63,946 nt of DNA, filler included, from Octopus bimaculoides (GCF_001194135.2; 5 parts of 5 records of this genome joined end to end with filler, not necessarily neighbours in it), one strand, 5' to 3'. Shown: positions 25,629 to 39,074, counted from the first letter of the whole stretch. Numbers and translations: made by a program. Notes: generated from the letters alone by a model not told the origin.

Positions 25629-26146
25629 AACATGTTTAAATCAAATTATGATTGATTAAATGTTTTAATTGTGTCGTACATATTGTTATTAAAAATACAG
25701 ATGTTTATGATTTCAGAACCGGCTACAGACCTTTGATTTGAATATTTCTATACAACATTTGAGTTTTTTTGGTTTCTTTTTTTCTTCTCCTAAACTCGTT
25801 TGACATCAGCTGAAGCATGCATACACGTGTGTAGATAGATAGATAGATAGATAGATGGATAATGACGACTAACAAATTCTAATATTGTGAATCTCTACTA
25901 GTTCGCCTTACTTACAGGATGTTGCAGCCAAAATCTTTCTACTGCTTTAAAAACAAATTTTATTTTATTATATAATCCTAGGTAGACTGAGAAAAAGGGG
26001 AAAACATATATAGTTAATTGTCACTTGCTGGTATATCTTTTATCATGAACCAACTGGATCACAAACGACCTAGGGCTAAACAACAGCAACAACAACGATA
26101 ACAATTTTCTCTGATCAGTGATATTTTATTATACTACCTCACAAAG

Positions 26147-26370
26147 GTAGTGAGCTGGCAGAATCGTTAGCGCGTAGAACAAAATGCATAATAGCATTTT
26201 TTCTTTTCCTGGCTCTGAGTTCTAATACCACTTTGCCTTTCATCTTTTTGACTTTGTCTTTCATCTTTTCGGAATCGATAAAATAAGTAGCAGTTAAACA
26301 CTGGGGTCGACGTAACCGACTTACCCTCTTCTCGTAAAACTGCTGACCTTGTGCAATAATTTAAGACCAT
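26147..26370 (+). mobile_element. SINE type B
   Basis: GAGCTGGCAGAATCGTTAGC head, GATAAAATAAGTAGCAG...CTGGGGTCGAC core. Confidence 0.8.
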
Positions 26371-26377
26371 TTTACTT

Positions 26378-26413
<36 letters not shown>

Positions 26414-27390
26414 ACAAACACACAAATAATAAATCGGTTTAACTCGGGAAAAAAAAAAAATATATATATATATATACAAGCCCACTAAATACGCAAGTTG
26501 GTAGGGCAGTGATGGAGGTAGGGCAGTTGTTATTGTTATTTAACTCCAGGTCAGGACTATAACTAATGGCGTTCCCACCACGACAGTCCCGTCCAATTTC
26601 CTATGTGCAGGGAAAACCCAGTACCACATAATACAACACATCCGTTTTCTAAGACGGTAGGATCCGATGTGAGGAACATTTTCCTGCTACTACTTCTAAT
26701 AACGACCACGTAGTGGCTCCTTCATTTCCTTCGCAGCAGCAGCAACAGTAGTAGTAGTAGTAGTAGTCGATGATAATGGTGGTGGCTGTCGTCGTATTGG
26801 TAATGATGACGGTGCTTATGGCGGTGGGTGTGCTGATAGTAGTGGGTGATGGCGGTGGTCGGCCGGCGTCGCTGTTCTCATTATGTTCATTGATGGAGGG
26901 TGGTGGCGAGCAGTTGGGATTTGGCGAAGCATATAAATTCGAAGAGTTTCGTTAGTTTTCATCTTTGAATTAAGAAAACTCATGTAGACGTATGCAACCA
27001 GCTTTCATACCCCTGGTAGAGAAGAGAGATGTAAGAGAAGACAGAGGAATGCAAAAAGTTAAAGCAAAACGGTGAAAGAAGAGAAGGACATACATACATT
27101 GGTAGTAAAATTAATTGATGCATACATAAGCAAATAGATATGTAAATACATTCATATACAGATATAGAAATATACTGATAGATAGAGAGAGAGAGCTAGA
27201 GAGATAGATAGAGAGATAGAGAGATATATGACACATGGGAAAAAAAAGTTTGAAAGCAAAAATTATAATAACAAACGAATAATAACAATAATAGAGCCGA
27301 CAACAAGTTAGGGAAATTGAAGAACGACGACGACTACGATATCAACAACAACCACGATGATGTCCATTGTAATAAATACAAACAAACGCG

Positions 27391-27460
27391 CCAATGAAAG
27401 TACAAAATGTGCATATACCATGTGCTATATAAACCACCACGCATGCCGTAACTGTCAATC
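27391..27460 (+). promoter_or_regulatory. Candidate Pol II core promoter (CCAAT, TATA, Inr)
   Basis: CCAAT at 27391, TATATAAA at 27426-27433, Inr-like TCAATC at 27455-27460 with its A 31 bp downstream of the TATA start. Lies in non-repetitive sequence. Confidence 0.45.
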
Positions 27461-27719
27461 GTCCGCTTGTGTGTATAAGCGGCATTAGCAACAACTACTT
27501 CGGAAGAAGAGAGTTTAAAAAGTGAACAGTAAAAAACTTCGGCAAATAAGCGGGAGGAAAAAAAACATAAACACACACAAGCGGTGATTGGAAAACAAGA
27601 ATTTAAAAACAAAGAAAAGACATAGTACATACACTATCAACAATAACAGCAACCGAAAGAACTTCGAATAAAAAGAATATATTATTTGAGAAACAAAAGT
27701 TTATCAATAAACAAACGAG
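27457..27719 (+). other. Candidate non-coding first exon
   Basis: A-rich, ATG-free stretch from the putative start site to a donor GAG|GTACTT at 27720. Confidence 0.3.
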
Positions 27720-28108
27720 GTACTTTTCGTGTGTGGTAATTAATCGATATTAATTAATATATGATTTTTTGCCATTTTTTCAATAATATATAGATAGATA
27801 GATATATAGATATAAAGCACAATTTATCTATATTGATATTTATTTGTATATATAGTTATAGGTACTTGTAAGTTATATCAAGATATATATATACTTGTTA
27901 AACACACACGCATATTTATTCATACGTGCGTACTTCTCCTTCTCTCTCTCTCTTATATATGCAGACACACACACATACGCTCTCTCTCACCCTCTCTGTA
28001 ACCGCAAATTTAATAAATGCACTTGTTAAATTATCTCCGTGTATAATAATGTAGGCAGGTATATATATGCATCATATCTGCATATATATAAAATTTCATA
28101 TATATAAA

Positions 28109-28153
<45 letters not shown>

Positions 28154-28355
28154 AGAATTCACAAATATATATATATATATCGCATATAGAAAAACAGACT
28201 TATAATTAAGAAAAACAGTATTTTTTTCACAACATTTATGTGAATATATAAATATATACACATATATATTATATCGGATTACAGACTCGTCGATGAGGCG
28301 TGAATTAGTTACCAAGGAATGTACTGTTTATTTACTTATTTTTCATCAAATTCAG

Positions 28356-28388
28356 CAGACAATGCATTGGAATATGATTCTCAAATTG
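28356..28388 (+). CDS. Candidate 33-nt exon (MHWNMILKL from ACAATG, or DNALEYDSQI in the phase-1 frame)
   Basis: Pyrimidine tract plus TTCAG|CAG (NAGNAG) acceptor and consensus TTG|GTAAGT donor; frame-preserving length. Confidence 0.4.
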
Positions 28389-28395
28389 GTAAGTC

Positions 28396-28443
<48 letters not shown>

Positions 28444-29107
28444 TCGGTAAATTATTTTAAGTTTCTTTTTATTAATACTAGTCGTATTATCTTTGTGTGC
28501 TTTTCCCTGCACGACTAGAGTCGGCTGTTTTTGTTTTCAGTACATGTTTCTTTTATTATATTTTATTCTTAATACTACCTGACTGGTGAATCTTTAGACA
28601 GTTGAACAGTGTCTTACAGTAACTTTTGCCGGCTCACTAGTTTTGAGTTCAAATCTCGCCATTCATTCTTTCAGGATCGATAAAATAAAGTATCATTCAG
28701 GTACTGGAGCCAATTTGATGGACAACAACCTTTCCACCAAAATTCATGTCTTATAAAAAGAAGAGTTTTTTTTTTTATATATACATATATGAGGACGATG
28801 AATTAAAGAATTACTAGCACGCTATTCTGAATTCAAATACCGCTGAGGTTGATTCGCAAGTTCATTCTTTCAAATATTGATTAGTTTCTGTTGAACTGAG
28901 CTCGATAGACTGACTAACTCCTCCTCTAAAATATATGGCTTTGTGCATAATTTAGTATTAATTTATTTTCGTCTTTACCGTATTGTTATTTCGTTATTGC
29001 TCTTGCTACTATGAAAAGCTCCCGCTCCTGCTTTTCTACTTCGGTCTTACACAATTTTCTTGGTTGCCAGGAATCAAGTAATTGTAAGGTCAATAGATAC
29101 TATAGAG

Positions 29108-29331
29108 CATTGATTCCCAACGTGGGGCATACACTATGGGGCCTGGGAAAATTGTGATGAGGCATAGGATGAAAAATTTTTTTTTCTGTTTTTAGTGGGA
29201 CATGGAATTGTGAAAATCTCTTTTTCATAGCAAACACTACACCTATACTTTTTTCCAACCACCGGTTGGGGCCATACATTTTTCTGGAAAGTTATAGTGG
29301 GGCCTGGCGGAAAATAGGTTGGGAAACACTG
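29108..29331. mobile_element. hAT-type MITE
   Basis: Imperfect TIRs CATTGATTCCCAAC / GTTGGGAAACACTG; flanks CTATAGAG and CTATTGGA are a possible degenerate 8-bp TSD. Confidence 0.6.
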
Positions 29332-29339
29332 CTATTGGA

Positions 29340-31450
29340 TGTCAGCAATTTCAACTGATCGGCTACACAAACTTGTAACCTGTACGGTCGATTAGATATG
29401 TCATATCGACCAGGAGCTGGTAACAAGAAGCTGATAGTGTTGTTCCCGGAATGCAAAAACTCACTGTGACCAGCTTGAGAAATGGGTTAAGCAACAGTAA
29501 ACGAGGGTGATGGTCAACAACTGGTGATGAATCGCTCGTGAGAAAGTGATTGGAGAAGAATCGGTTGTATTCAGCAGGTGGCGAAAGAAAAATAGATTAG
29601 AGAGGTAAGTAGAGGGCAAACTAGAAGAGACGATTTATGTTATCGTGCGCGATATTCTTCAGCCATCCTTTTCAACACGAACCTTTAATGTTGTGTTCTT
29701 AAAAACAAGGTGCGCTCTTTTACACAAGACTTTAAAAAAAAAGCATTCGATGGACCGACGAGACAAACGCAGTAATGATTACTGTTCGTTCTTTGACGGA
29801 CCTGAACAGTCACGTGCCACTCGATGTCAGATGTCTGCAGCATTCCGGTGGCAATGAACGGAGAAAGTAGAAGGGTTTTAGAAAGCGCATTTCAAAGACC
29901 TGTGACGACACTCAGTAAAAAGCAGGAAATGCGGCGAAAAGCCGATAACAGCAGCTGACGATGTGCGAGCTGCATTTCACCTTGTTCGAGCTGTTGCCGA
30001 CTTACGAGCTTTACGTATATATAAATGGAAAAATTTCGCCGTGACTTTGGCAGATATCAACTAGCTGCAAAAAGGGAAGATTCCAGCTGCGGAAGAACGT
30101 AAACAAGAGGGCGCATTATCGATAATTTCGATAATTTCTGGTCTATAACTCTGCTAAATGCAGAGTTGAAAACTCTGCAGCTTTGCTAATCATCATGGGT
30201 TAAGCTTATGATGCCAAACAACGTCGCGAAGCAATTTAATGACAGACCGATTCTGTTGCTTGGCGTCTGGCTCAGTTTGGACAGCAGTTGGGAAGCGGTT
30301 ATATGTAGTGTTTAGTTTTGACTAGAAATAAGCTAGGAGGAATTTATCTATGAAATGTCGTGGAGAGGTGACGAACACAGAGATCGCTTTCGTCGTATAA
30401 TACTATCTGACAGTCATGCTTTGCTCTGTTTTCACTGCCTGACCAAACTGGATGGTCTGCACTTTCGCTTCTCGTAGAAGGGACACGTTCCAATGAGCAG
30501 AGGGTTTATATACTGCAAGTGCTCTATACGCAGAGATCTCGGTGTGCCGTGACTGAAAATGTGCAGGCATGCGCAGTGGCTGCAGCTTCGATAGAAATTC
30601 CCGGACAGCGAGCAGTTGTCATCACTCTTTGCTAGGCACGTTTTTACACAGCATGTCTTTTTTAACGGAACTGCAGCTTTGACTCAAGCGAAGACCAAGA
30701 CTGGGCATCTAGCAACTGAAATGTTGTCAGGCGCACTCTGTCTTCTCTCAACTGAGCAACAGTGACAGTGGAACATTTAGATTAGCTTTCTGTAGAGGAA
30801 TAATTAAGACAAAGAGCAACGAAATTTTCGGGGAAACTTTGGGCGTCGGAAAGAATCAACTAGCTGGTCTTTTACGGAGGATTTATAACCTGAGAACTAT
30901 GGTATGGATAATGTCCAGATATTTCTGAACTGGAAGTGCTTTTGAGCATTGCTGAGTCGAGATAAATTTTGTATGTTAGAAATTGTAATTTTCCAGGCCT
31001 GTCCGAGGTGCACTTAGAGTGACACAAACACTCGTTCAGCGATTGAGCATTACTGACTTGTGGAGTTTTGTCAAACAGCTATTTCATATAGGACTGATCT
31101 GGTTATTTTACTTGTTAAAAAGTGACTGAAAGCCCTGATGAACAGCTCACTCGCAGCGGAATTTGTATCCTGAAGAACACAAGTTGGAGAAGGCATTTAT
31201 CCTCGGTGGTCAAGATAAGTGTAGATCTGTGGGGGCTTTTTGGTTGGCCTTATGTGGTGGCTGTTGTCTCTGTGAACCCTAACACGTATGTGAAGATCAC
31301 TGTCACTCTTCATTTCAATTTCAGTGTAAACCTTCACACTTTTTGGAACCTATCCTTGTTATGTCCCTTTACGTATGTTCTAATGTTATGCATTTTAACA
31401 ATGCAGCAAAACAGAATTCGTAAACAAAATTTTGCATTTAATAAAACAAT
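29340..31450 (+). mobile_element. Heavily decayed Tx1/L1-like LINE (boundaries approximate)
   Basis: 30130-30174 reads DNFWSITLLNAELKT, resembling the RT motif DNFRPITLLN.D.KILAK. A degenerate SA.YA..I near 30518-30538 may correspond to the YADD region. Many stops and shifts. Confidence 0.55.
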
Positions 31451-32127
31451 TTTATGAAGGGCTCGATATATTGATGCATCAAATAGAAACAATAATATTA
31501 GTAAGATGTGGAATTCCCATGCACCCTGCTAGTTACTTTGGCCGGATAGCTAGAAAGTCTGAAAAAATACCTTATGATATTTTTACTGGATCTTTTTTTT
31601 TTTTCTGAGTTCAAATCCCGCCGAGGTCAGCTTTGACTTTTATTTTTCTGGAGTAAATAAAATAAAGAACCAGTAAGTACTTCCGTAGATTTAAAGGACT
31701 AACCTCTTGACCAAAATTCTTGACCTCGTGCCTAAATTACACAGCAAGAGATTTGGCAGAATCGATATAGTGTTATTTCTTTTGGTTTTTTTATATTCTC
31801 ACTTGAAACCCTGCTAAAATCGGGTTTGCCTTTTTAATCTTTGCGATCCATAAAACAAAGTACTCGTCAAGTAGTTGGGACGAGGTAATCGACCCTTCCC
31901 CTCCCTTTTCAAAATTTCTGACCTTATTTGCAACCCCATACCACTTCAGCTAGAGCCAACATAGAGCCGAAGGCACATCGGCCCACTTCGGCCCACTTTA
32001 AATCGATTTTAACAATTTAAAAAGAGCGTAAGAACACTGCTTATCGAACTTATCTCATTTATCTCCTATTTTATTTTACTAACACTTTTTCAAAGAGTCC
32101 TTGGTACAATTCATCGTGCCCTATGCG

Positions 32128-32477
32128 CAAGAATGGCTGTAAGATTAACAAGCTCGCCTTGCAACTGCGTGATTTCGGGTTCAGTCCCACTGCGTGACTC
32201 CTTAAACAAGTTTTTTTTTACACTATAGCTCTGGACCAACCATTGCCCAGTGAGAAACTTCGGTAGATGAAACTGTGCGGAAACTTTGTGTCTGTTTGTC
32301 CCCATCACCGTGTGACAATCGGTGTTCGTTTGTTTACATTCTCGTGGTAACTTACCAGTTTGGCAAAACAGACCAACAGAAATAATACCAGACTTAAAAT
32401 GATGATAATTATAATAATTACTGGGATCGATTCGACTAGGTCCTGGAAGGTTGTGTCCCAGCATGCCCACAGTCTAA
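32128..32477 (+). mobile_element. SINE type A
   Basis: Head GGGTTCAGTCCCACTGCGTG, centre CGGTAGATGAAACTG, tail TGTTTGTCCCC...TTTGGCAAAACAGACC. Confidence 0.75.
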
Positions 32478-32827
32478 AAACTGAGATAAGTAAAATATGT
32501 AATAAGCCTGAAATTTTGATGACAGGCAGAGTCGACCTCAGCCGAATTTGAACTCTGAACGTTTCGGAAGAAAAGCTGTTAAGCATTTAGCCCGACAGTA
32601 ACATATGCAACATCAGGCCAAGGTAATTCCGTCCTGGGTTACGAGTTTGACGTCACGGCGTCTTACGACACGCCTCCTTTACTATATGCGTATAGTTGAC
32701 GCATACCCACTCGACCTTAGTTACTGATTGACTCAAGCACGTGCTTTCGACCAAACTCTGATCGAACTCTTAGTGTTTCTGAAGACACCAATCCAAATTA
32801 TCTATATATTACGATTTGTAGTTATTT

Positions 32828-33048
32828 ATTTCTTTACTGCCCACAAGAGGCTACACACAAGGACAGACAAAGGGATTAAGTAGATTATATCGACCCCAGT
32901 GCGTAACTGGTACTTATTTAATCGACCCTGAAAGGATGAAAAGCAAAGTCGACCTCGGCGGAATTTGAACTCAGAACGTAATGGCAGACGAAATACCGCC
33001 AAACATTTCGCCCGGCGCACTAACGATTCTGCCAGCTCGCCGTCTTAA
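32828..33048 (-). mobile_element. SINE type B, full length, with about 14-bp TSD
   Basis: Head-to-tail match to 7331-7563. ATTTGTAGTTATTT (32814-32827) and ATTTATAGTTATTT (33049-33062) flank it. Confidence 0.88.
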
Positions 33049-34036
33049 ATTTATAGTTATTTGTCGTTATTTTTATTGTGGCTAACAAGCTGATTATCGT
33101 GTTANNNNNNNNNNNNNNNNNNNNNNNNNNNNNNNNNNNNNNNNNNNNNNNNNNNNNNNNNNNNNNNNNNNNNNNNNNNNNNNNNNNNNNNNNNNNNNNN
33201 NNNNNNNNNNNNNNNNNNNNNNNNNNNNNNNNNNNNNNNNNNNNNNNNNNNNNNNNNNNNNNNNNNNNNNNNNNNNNNNNNNNNNNNNNNNNNNNNNNNN
33301 NNNNNNNNNNNNNNNNNNNNNNNNNNNNNNNNNNNNNNNNNNNNNNNNNNNNNNNNNNNNNNNNNNNNNNNNNNNNNNNNNNNNNNNNNNNNNNNNNNNN
33401 NNNNNNNNNNNNNNNNNNNNNNNNNNNNNNNNNNNNNNNNNNNNNNNNNNNNNNNNNNNNNNNNNNNNNNNNNNNNNNNNNNNNNNNNNNNNNNNNNNNN
33501 NNNNNNNNNNNNNNNNNNNNNNNNNNNNNNNNNNNNNNNNNNNNNNNNNNNNNNNNNNNNNNNNNNNNNNNNNNNNNNNNNNNNNNNNNNNNNNNNNNNN
33601 NNNNNNNNNNNNNNNNNNNNNNNNNNNNNNNNNNNNNNNNNNNNNNNNNNNNNNNNNNNNNNNNNNNNNNNNNNNNNNNNNNNNNNNNNNNNNNNNNNNN
33701 NNNNNNNNNNNNNNNNNNNNNNNNNNNNNNNNNNNNNNNNNNNNNNNNNNNNNNNNNNNNNNNNNNNNNNNNNNNNNNNNNNNNNNNNNNNNNNNNNNNN
33801 NNNNNNNNNNNNNNNNNNNNNNNNNNNNNNNNNNNNNNNNNNNNNNNNNNNNNNNNNNNNNNNNNNNNNNNNNNNNNNNNNNNNNNNNNNNNNNNNNNNN
33901 NNNNNNNNNNNNNNNNNNNNNNNNNNNNNNNNNNNNNNNNNNNNNNNNNNNNNNNNNNNNNNNNNNNNNNNNNNNNNNNNNNNNNNNNNNNNNNNNNNNN
34001 NNNNNNNNNNNNNNNNNNNNNNNNNNNNNNNNNNNN

Positions 34037-34101
<65 letters not shown>

Positions 34102-34383
34102 TGAGTGAGTGAGTGAGGCATGAGAGGAATAAGTGTGTCATGTGCAGTAAGTGTGACTATAAAAATTTGTATATACCCAAATGTGTAACTGGACGTGTGT
34201 GTTTACTTATGTCTGTATTGACTGCTACAAATCACCAGGAATTTTGATTGGCCACGGTCGCGCTTGCTGTCTGGTCCCAAGTCTGTTCTGTTAAGCAGAC
34301 TAATGATTTAGGTGTTCTGTCTGTAATAATCAGTCCTATTTGTTTTTTTTTCTAACCATAGTTAATGATTGCATTATCTAATG

Positions 34384-34665
34384 CAGTGGTTCTCAACCAG
34401 GTTCATATGACCCTTAGAGGTCCATATAAGATTTTGCTGTTAAAATTTAGCAATAATAAATTGGTTATTATACTTCTGCAATACACAAAATATTTAACAT
34501 TTTTCATACAGCTTCAGAGTTGTATAAAAAATTAAAATATTTGATTATAAAAGCTACAGTAACGTTTTTGTGTATACACAGAGAATTGCTATGGTAGTCT
34601 AGTGGACTAAAATAAGAATCAAAGGGCATAATTATAAGCAAAAACAAAATGGTTGGGAACCACTG
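34384..34665. mobile_element. hAT/Charlie-type MITE
   Basis: 15-bp TIRs CAGTGGTTCTCAACC / GGTTGGGAACCACTG; TCTAAT on both flanks, resembling the Charlie NTCTAGAN target. Confidence 0.75.
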
Positions 34666-35366
34666 TCTAATTTGTCTTAAGGTGGTATGAGGGAGATTTG
34701 AGTTGCTTTTCCTCATAAACCGAGCCATCAGTAGAGGCTTCCACGTTGACTTGTGTATGTTGTTTTTCCGTAAATGTCACACTCTGTTCACATTGTTTTT
34801 CTTGTTTTTTTATTTTGTTTTTTTTTTGGTGGGGGTTTCGAACGGCACTTCGCTAACAGGGTTACGCTATTTTTCAGAAAACACACATCACACACACACT
34901 CACACACACTGGTTTACAATTGCGGCTACTTGAAAACTTCGAAATTTTAATTTTAAGGTTAAATCCCATTATATATTCTAAACACACTTTGTTTACCAAC
35001 TACATTAATTACATTAATTTGAAATGATCTCCACAGACTGCGGCCATGCTGAAGTGCTGAGGAAACTTCTTGGAAGGCTTAGACGATCAAAACGATTCCC
35101 CGTATGCCATCAGCCAAACTGATTAATTGTAGGTCATAAACAAACCAACATCGGAGACACGTGCCTTTTTCATCTTCTTTCACTTGCCATGCTCTGTACA
35201 CCTGTAGCGTTTTGGTGGTTTCACTTCACGAGCACTAGTACACCACGAACTCAAGAAGTTGAGAACCATAAATAACCCTCTCTCTCTCTCTCTCTCTCTC
35301 TCTCNNNNNNNNNNNNNNNNNNNNNNNNNNNNNNNNNNNNNNNNNNNNNNNNNNNNNNNATATATA

Positions 35367-35588
35367 TAAGGGGATGCTGAAGAGTTCCTGGCTTTAAGGG
35401 TGTCGCGAAAGGCCTGGTTGAAGGTCCAACCTTCCGAGTTATTTTACAGAGCTTAGAAAAACTGAAGGACCGCTGCAATAAGTGCGTGAATCTGAGAAGG
35501 GAACATGTTGAGTAAAATCATAATTAACTGATCATCCAGTATTTCCTTTTACCCAAAGCCAGAAACTTTTCAACACCCCGCTCCCGTA
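35367..35588 (+). mobile_element. mariner-derived MITE
   Basis: TIRs GGGGATGCTGAAGAGTTCCTGGCTTT / AAAGCCAGAAACTTTTCAACACCCC with TA flanks. The interior encodes EKLKDRCNKCVNLRREHVE*, resembling the mariner transposase C-terminus (KL..RW.KCV...G.YVE*). Confidence 0.8.
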
Positions 35589-35682
35589 TGTGCGTGTGTG
35601 GTTCTTCTCGTTTCGTACATTTCAGTGTAGCAATTTTAGTTTACTTCCTTATTGTGGTAATTGCAGTAGTTAATTTTGATAG

Positions 35683-36066
35683 GTGGAGGCGCAATGACCC
35701 AATGGTTAGGGCCGCGGACTCGCGGTCATAGGATTGCGGTTTCGATTCCCAGACCGGGCGTTGTGAGTGTTTATTGAGCGAAAACACCTAAAGCTCCACG
35801 AGGCTCCGGCAGGAGATAGTGGCAAACCCTGCTGTACTCTTTCACCACAACTTTCTCTCACTCTTACTTCCTGTTTCTGTTGTGCCTGTAATTCAAAGGG
35901 TCAGCCTTGTCACACTGTGTCACGCTGAATATCGCCGAGAACTACGTTAAGGGTACACGTGTCTGTGGAGTGCTCAGCCACTTGCACGTTAATTCCACGA
36001 GCAGGCTGTTCCGTTGATCGGATCAACTGGAACCCTCGACGTCGTAAGCGACGGAGTGCCAACAAC
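35683..36066 (+). mobile_element. SINE type C, full length, with 11-bp TSD
   Basis: Near-identical to 25247-25628; AATTTTGATAG at 35672-35682 and 36067-36077. Confidence 0.92.
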
Positions 36067-36989
36067 AATTTTGATAGAGGTGATGGTGGTACTGGTGCAG
36101 CAGCCACACTACTAGTGGTAGTAGTTTATAAAACGAAGCTCGGGTTAACTGCAAGGGCCGTGTAATATGAAATCGATTTCAGATTACATGGAGGTAACTT
36201 GAAAGGGGGTTGTTTTGTGTATTGCCTCTCTCTTTTTCTTCTTAACCGTATGGAGTCCATCACCACCTCCATTACACTAGGCCCCTGAATAACCACTTCA
36301 CCTAGACTTTCCTTATTACATTGATTCCCTGGAGTTCCCTTGCTGTAAAAGTTTTTCAGATATCGGAAGGCCTGAAAAGGGCCGTGGTTCAACCCCATCC
36401 TTTAGACCAAAACACTAAAATACTAGAAATGGTAGTCAAATCTCGCTGAAATCAAACCACATTGTCTTTAAATAAAAGAAAGGAAGTACGCATTAGATGT
36501 CGTTGTTCTCATTACACTGTTTTTGAAAATAGACAGGATGGTTCAGCCCGGAATGCCCTTATTTTTAAGTATCTTCGAAATGATCTGGCCTATGGCCATG
36601 ACCAACGAGAGAAAGAGGGATTAGCTGATATGTCGGTCCAGAGCCTGGACAACCAAGGAGGGCTTCGTAAATATTTGATGGGTCCCTTAAAGAGAGTAAA
36701 CAAATAAAGCACTCCTGAAACATTAAGGGCCCCCCTCACTCAGTAGCGTAGTTGGCTTGGGGTGGGGGGCGATGAGGGCAGTCCACCCGGGCGACGCTTT
36801 AATGGAGTCAACACTTTCGGTCTGCTGCATAAGCCTATAAAGATTTGAGGATCCAGGGAGCGACATACTCAACGACTGCTCCAGCTACGGCATTAATTCC
36901 CTTCCCTGATGTGGGACACGAGAGCAATTTTATTCTGTCTTGAAAGTTTCTGTCTGAGACCCTGCCTGAAGTTAAACAACTATTGATGT

Positions 36990-37148
36990 ATAGATACTGG
37001 CTTCAAATTTTGGCACAAGGCCAGAAATCTCGGGGGAGGGTGAAAGTCAATTATATCGACCAGTACTCAACTGGTACCTCAGTACACAGCTGGTACTCAT
37101 TTTATCGACTCCGAAAGGATAAAAGACAAAGTCGACCTCGGCGGTATT
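36990..37148 (-). mobile_element. SINE type B, 3' part
   Basis: TCAAATTTTGGCACAAGGCC tail and CAAAGTCGACCTCGGCGG core. Confidence 0.75.
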
Positions 37149-38003
37149 TACTTTTGATATTTATATTGGCAGTTGTTTTAGTTTTAGATGATCCTTAATC
37201 GAATATACCTAAGATCATTCACGTTCCATCCTCAGACATTCTGCCCTACATGGGTCTCAATATGTCTCACATGTGAGACTTTTTAAAACAAAGAAACTTC
37301 AAGATTTACATAGCTCAGGGCCTCACTAAATGTGGAGCTTCAAGTATACGAGAAAAAGCTACGTCTCTACACGTATATTTTTAATCTGAAAGGTGTGATT
37401 TGAAGGGAAATTTGGCTGCTATTTTTAACAAGTCATACGACTGCATAGAGAAGTGACTTTCAATCTTTCTAACTTCGTAGCACAATGGAGATTAAAGTTA
37501 AGAATTTCGGTGCATTTCGAATGGAAGTTTTTCCCCAAAATAGCTGTTTTTATATTATAGAAATTTTGAAGAGTGCAACTCCAATTATCTACTTTCTTTT
37601 ATCGATTATACACGTGGTTAAGGAAAACTATGAATCACAAGTTTTTCTTGATAGTATGGCAATTTTAAAGCCTTAATTTTGAAGATTCTCGGCGACCTTG
37701 CATACATTTCACAGAGCATCAGTTCACTACCGAGTGCCTGCTATTTGAAAATCCCTGTCGTACAAGCTCCCATGTTTCTTCACTGATTTGTAGAATTAGG
37801 ATCTAGAGAACAAAAAAAACGAAAGGAAGAAGAGCTTGAGAATACTGGCGATCGTCTGATTGAATAAAATTTTAGTTAAGTTTCGTAAATCCAAATTCGT
37901 ACGGCGTAAGAAGAATTGGATACTGTTTTGAAGCTGCATCTTAATCATAGAGACAGACAGAGAGGGACTGAGGAGAGCGAAAATATAGTCTGTCTCGACT
38001 CTA

Positions 38004-38051
<48 letters not shown>

Positions 38052-38745
38052 GTGGCACCTTGGGAAAGTGTTTTCTACTATATCCTTGAGCCGACCCGAC
38101 CAACGGTCTGTGAGGACATTTGGTAAACGAAAACTGAAAGAAGCCCGTCGTATATATATATATGTGTGTGTGTGTGTGTCTGTGTGTATTCGTGAATTAT
38201 TTGCTCCATATTGAAATTATTTTCACCCATGTGGCTGCCATGATTTCGGCGCAAAACGAATCAGTTGGAGCGCAGACTTCAACGCAACGAGTTGGAGCTC
38301 TCTAACATGGTAACGCGTGCTGAGGAAGGTTAGTCCAGGAACCGGTCCACATGAGTCCAAATACTTGAATGTATGCTACGAGATTGTCTTAGCCCGTTTG
38401 CCTTCGGACGGTTGATTTCTGTAGTTATTATCAGTGTATTTTGGCGATTTAAATAAGTTTTTACTGTTATTTCCAGCAGGTAGACCTACTTAGTATGTCC
38501 TTTGATTAATTATATATGTGTGCGCGCGCGCGTCTTTATGTCAGTGTTTTTCCCCTGCCCACTGCTCGACAACCGGTGCTGGTGTGTTTACGTCACTGTA
38601 ACTTAGCGGTTTGGCAAAAGAGACCGATAGAATAAGTATTAGGCTTGCAAAAAAATAGAAAAGTACTGAGATCGATTTGTTCGACTAAAACCCTTCAAGG
38701 TTCTGACCCAGCATGGCCCCACTCAAATGACTGAAACAAGTAAAT
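38052..38745 (+). mobile_element. SINE type A interrupted by about 330 bp of unrelated sequence in its internal microsatellite
   Basis: Head/centre at 38052-38190 (GAAAACTGAAAGAAGCCCGTCG), tail at 38540-38745. Confidence 0.75.
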
Positions 38746-38901
38746 GAATTATAGTTTACTGTCCCTTAAGATAGGATCACCAAAAGAATACTCCATCCAG
38801 TGAGAGATAAATATCATTTAAAGTATACAGTATAAAGTATAAAGTATACAGTATACAGTATAAAGTATAAAGTATACAGTATTCAAAATGAGAGCAACTT
38901 A

Positions 38902-39014
38902 TAGTTTCTTGCCATAGAAATGCAGATTAGGCAGATTTAATATAGATCGGTATGGAGACGCAAGGCAAGTTCTATAAATCTGACTAATCTCAGTGTCTCC
39001 ATGGCAAGAAACTA
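38902..39014. mobile_element. 113-bp fold-back MITE-like element
   Basis: Perfect 14-bp termini TAGTTTCTTGCCAT / ATGGCAAGAAACTA, extending to about 43-bp imperfect arms. Confidence 0.65.
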
Positions 39015-39074
39015 TCAGTATATCCAATTTTTTATATTGTGCACATTAAATGGTATATATATATACTCTTTTAT

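Noticed and set aside
32648-32655. Full CRE palindrome TGACGTCA
   Set aside because: One 8-mer in 64 kb is about chance expectation.
36126-36398. Minus-strand ORF with GEVVIQGPSVM, resembling an AMP-binding enzyme motif
   Set aside because: No other acyl-CoA synthetase exons found; the plus strand looks more like a decayed CR1/L2 3' end.
37794-37867. Possible terminal exon ELGSREQKKRKEEELENTGDRLIE*
   Set aside because: Requires the phase-1 reading of the 33-nt exon, for which no upstream start exon was found; competing acceptors nearby.
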